NCBI GenBank assembly: GCA_032718475.1
Contig: JAUCBJ010004969.1
Span: forward strand, 21,856 to 85,855
Origin: Nemertoderma westbladi
Lineage: Eukaryota > Animalia > Xenacoelomorpha
Direction: 5' to 3'
Length of the DNA stretch: 64,000 nt
The position numbers and the translations under genes are program-made. Numbering within the stretch: the stretch's first letter is position 1; each line of letters starts with the position of its first letter. The notes below the pieces were generated by a model. It was not told the origin of the DNA. It saw only the letters and a program-made list of their open reading frames with translations, and did not search any database. Below are positions 63,101 to 64,000 of the stretch, one piece after another.

Positions 63101-64000
63101 GCCTTGGTTACTTCTAAGGCATTAATCAACAACAAGTTGAAAGTTCCTCGAGCGGAGTTAAAAGCGGCTCTATACGCTACAGCCATCGGCCGGAATGTAA
63201 CAGAACAGATTGACTATCCATTAGAGAAAACTGTCTATTGGACCGACGCTTTACTCGTGTTAGAGTATATAACCAATGAAGTCTGTCAGTTCAGCGTCTT
63301 CGTTACCAACAGAGTAGCCATCATACTTAGTCGCACGACGATGGATCAGTGGAGACATTGCCCCGGAACGATTAATCCAGCAGACATCGCTTCCAGGGGA
63401 GCGACTCCAAAGGAATTGGTAAATACTCCCGAATGGTTAGGAGGACCCGACTTTCTCTACAGAGAAGAAGAAGAATGGCCTCCCCATCTCACAACAGCAG
63501 AGATCAGACAGGCCAAGGGAGCGGAGAAAGTTAAACCCAAAACTCGAGCGAGTAAATCGAAGTTGTTTAAACCTGCAGTTGATCTATCTGTATTATTTAC
63601 TTCCGGAGATGATGCTTTGGATCAGAAACCCACCGCCACGACTAAAGAAGTCTTAGAAATCCGTGACAAGGATTGGAAATCTGGAATACCAGATATCGCG
63701 CAAGGACTCTCACCTCTCCTGCAGAGAGCGATACGTCACTACAGTTCCTGGAATCGGCTCTGTAAAGCTGTCACCTATTTAAAACGATGTTTTCATCATC
63801 GTTACTCCGGGACAAAGACCAATAGTGATGATGCTCCATCAACATCTGCACGAGTCCATGTTGTTAAAGATCTTCCTAAATACAAGATATCCGACAGGTT
63901 TCTAAAGGAGAAGATCAGTTACCAGGAGCATGATGAAACCAACAAACAGATGCTGAGACTCCTACAATGCTATGAGGATTCCGATAAGTATTTCCTGTTA
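57197..64000 (+). CDS. BEL/Pao LTR retrotransposon Gag-Pol polyprotein (open to the window end)
   Basis: The ATG at 57197, the protease motif LLDSGS (61001) and RT YMDD (62492) were checked to share one frame. Also present: a DUF1759-like KFNGDEMKW region, three Zn knuckles (~60480-60675), VRVVFDGS, SDIEGMFLQV and RNase H motifs HVFGDAS and NPADIASRG. The ORF track lists no stop-terminated ORF in this frame. Confidence 0.93.
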   Translation, partial: MSDTKQNLSDSLLDVTICDSDKGVEPSTPKFSSPPTVRKVIPPVVIKEPRLVQHRRSIIGTRAQVKRDQEAAEQQQHASQELTSQRPNSSSSEDTVELTPERGAKMRDAVYSDPLLILPAAVLTRLLIAVEEHQIDWARSQRSTKDNYAGYTSVELKSIVESQWNFPGPGLPFDLSEAAWEDIHRMGVAKETIDPAVWKRSAAGYAQGFFSSMERVKEQLFQQPQGPQEQGQLLYQVRERILRIRLILSAFEEASKRRQDTSLQVAVKTWFQRVSRQVQGTAQWKAQLEERSTHGESADATFSQVESEATAEKPHKRDAIDIYLSDYQRFLGDDELRRRLEGLSPNSEGTKLVLDAIDVEMRAANQAKFDEQLRLTRVQEEQVKKKRIEDRKKAAVAAAEEESKAAEMERKAAATAAEAKAAAAEAEAKSKAAEMERKAAATAAEAQAAAAEAEAKRKAAEMKRKVEMAVAEAERRAAEEITQLELENIQENQDCINKQLTASNMQMMNRSTPKRQGYTSSEEGDTTDTEGKGNRSRLSRRKRTFHRQKLPELPPAVRRQLNNTNLGSTEPTDQIIKIERLPTIVDEPEIIRPVLEITPSVIDTPVLPETTSKFPLHSTKLPVPRRTAQETVQVLDPERNIHDLSSVVPRPPATTLATPASAVEWVDERRRGMDLLLGQMQETVQQFKGTVRESRLELQEVQQSIALERDKLVNTQRGIPLPSVTMCQPVRSEVSHAQGVEPTRIYTASEVETPIVNPIKGNYRPVDNDIPYRPDHNPRNLYTDNSILNNTMAQESFTRQMARTEARQAVKVGEIVKFNGDEMKWLPFNEYYKDNIQNSVLSNGEKLRFLIECLEGSPKLMALKFIGHPDGLRQVWDTLNIRYGNRNNIAGYLYAKLVAPRKFISSGIIEFSDEIQEICRQLDWLGKSQEYQNAMVIRAVASTLPKGGVGTRWDKKVLYMMEQQRRDPTMADLMSFLDGEVKLQFLKLSREKTPENKVSEKPVSRRKVTPVCYTDDGESQTSQGEDSGKDTDRSYYMNKIPKDQVSKFKSRTNDRREQVRKTPPTSPKRIQVRKPEEKAGVHNVTQNKVSNIKPKCALCDGTHRLNMCDEFLKKSLSERREVMWDKRLCYNCLRQGHQRRTCFSDIRCAKCGAKHHILLHAEFERNSPNQVSDSELHVQFSDVNDTDQSEMEGFYTDEFSDENESCYMINTTVYRALIYEKDTDSDFTLTTSERQPSWKEPSSNVGIREFPVVQVRVNGPKRSYVVNALLDSGSTGTFIDKELAEDIFAGQPKFQTKLNMSGIMQVWKSTITADYYVGALSTPQDELGEHSIRSVKMVAIKNFATTQADLYNWDEDESIQHLNIPRFQTDYPGVQILIGQNAHEALETLEKRPAQPQPLQTYAVRTRVGWYFTGPSRRTLRERLPQERVYQVSEWEDDTSEGDDLTEGTPYSSDNDDIHQLFDEENTIDLLKENEAWQNQVNLCQLLYPSEREAYNDELNDVIERCNAKTRDEHAVRFFTQEAVEPNSYDKALSVEEERAKQIQETTTRFLKDQGRYEVGLPFRKKEPKFINNRPLAEKRIAQLHRRLTANSSAKAMYQTQLEKFISKGYAERVPEETPVTERTYYLTHHYVPKPGKPHEVRVVFDGSALYMGQSLNSELLPGPNLLQSLLGILLRLRQYSIAFASDIEGMFLQVKVLDRDRDSLRFLWWPEGDLNLKPVEYWMTIQAFGIISSPSNACSVVRTTAEDNREAFSKEVIDNIKRDIYMDDNLKSLPSVKEAIEVAKGTVECLKRGGFRLTKFTSNSREFLESIPAEDRGAKDLDLIKDDLPETKTLGLKWDTERDILFFQLKQRDNPVRTKRICLSILSTYFDPLGFISPVILIARSLVQQMWLENHSWDDPLKGELLKKWMEWEDSLPAIEDFIISRSYFGHVLPTYSYQLHVFGDASDMGIGIVAYLRVETPDGIKVALVTSKALINNKLKVPRAELKAALYATAIGRNVTEQIDYPLEKTVYWTDALLVLEYITNEVCQFSVFVTNRVAIILSRTTMDQWRHCPGTINPADIASRGATPKELVNTPEWLGGPDFLYREEEEWPPHLTTAEIRQAKGAEKVKPKTRASKSKLFKPAVDLSVLFTSGDDALDQKPTATTKEVLEIRDKDWKSGIPDIAQGLSPLLQRAIRHYSSWNRLCKAVTYLKRCFHHRYSGTKTNSDDAPSTSARVHVVKDLPKYKISDRFLKEKISYQEHDETNKQMLRLLQCYEDSDKYFLL

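Noticed and set aside
1-64000. Uni-strand piRNA cluster
   Set aside because: Element fragments lie in both orientations; small-RNA data would be needed for any cluster call.

Overview
AT-rich eukaryotic DNA, most likely from an invertebrate animal, made almost entirely of nested and fragmented mobile elements. It contains: Ty3/Gypsy and BEL/Pao LTR retrotransposon pieces, including one apparently intact BEL gag-pol ORF that runs off the right edge; RTE-, CRE- and CR1-type LINE fragments; a Sola-type and a probable hATm-type transposase; several non-autonomous TIR elements with identifiable TSDs; minisatellites; and dispersed remains of Maverick/Polinton viruses (integrase, minor capsid, protein-primed PolB). 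Two things stand out. First, an intronless, divergent TATA-binding-protein-like gene starts 7 nt after the stop codon of the Polinton PolB. Second, a 5.6-kb insertion splits the Polinton integrase, carries two spliceable T-box exons, and appears to end at a TIR-like octamer inside the T-box exon. No CRISPR array, rRNA or intact host gene is supported. All family assignments come from recognising motifs by eye; no searches were run.
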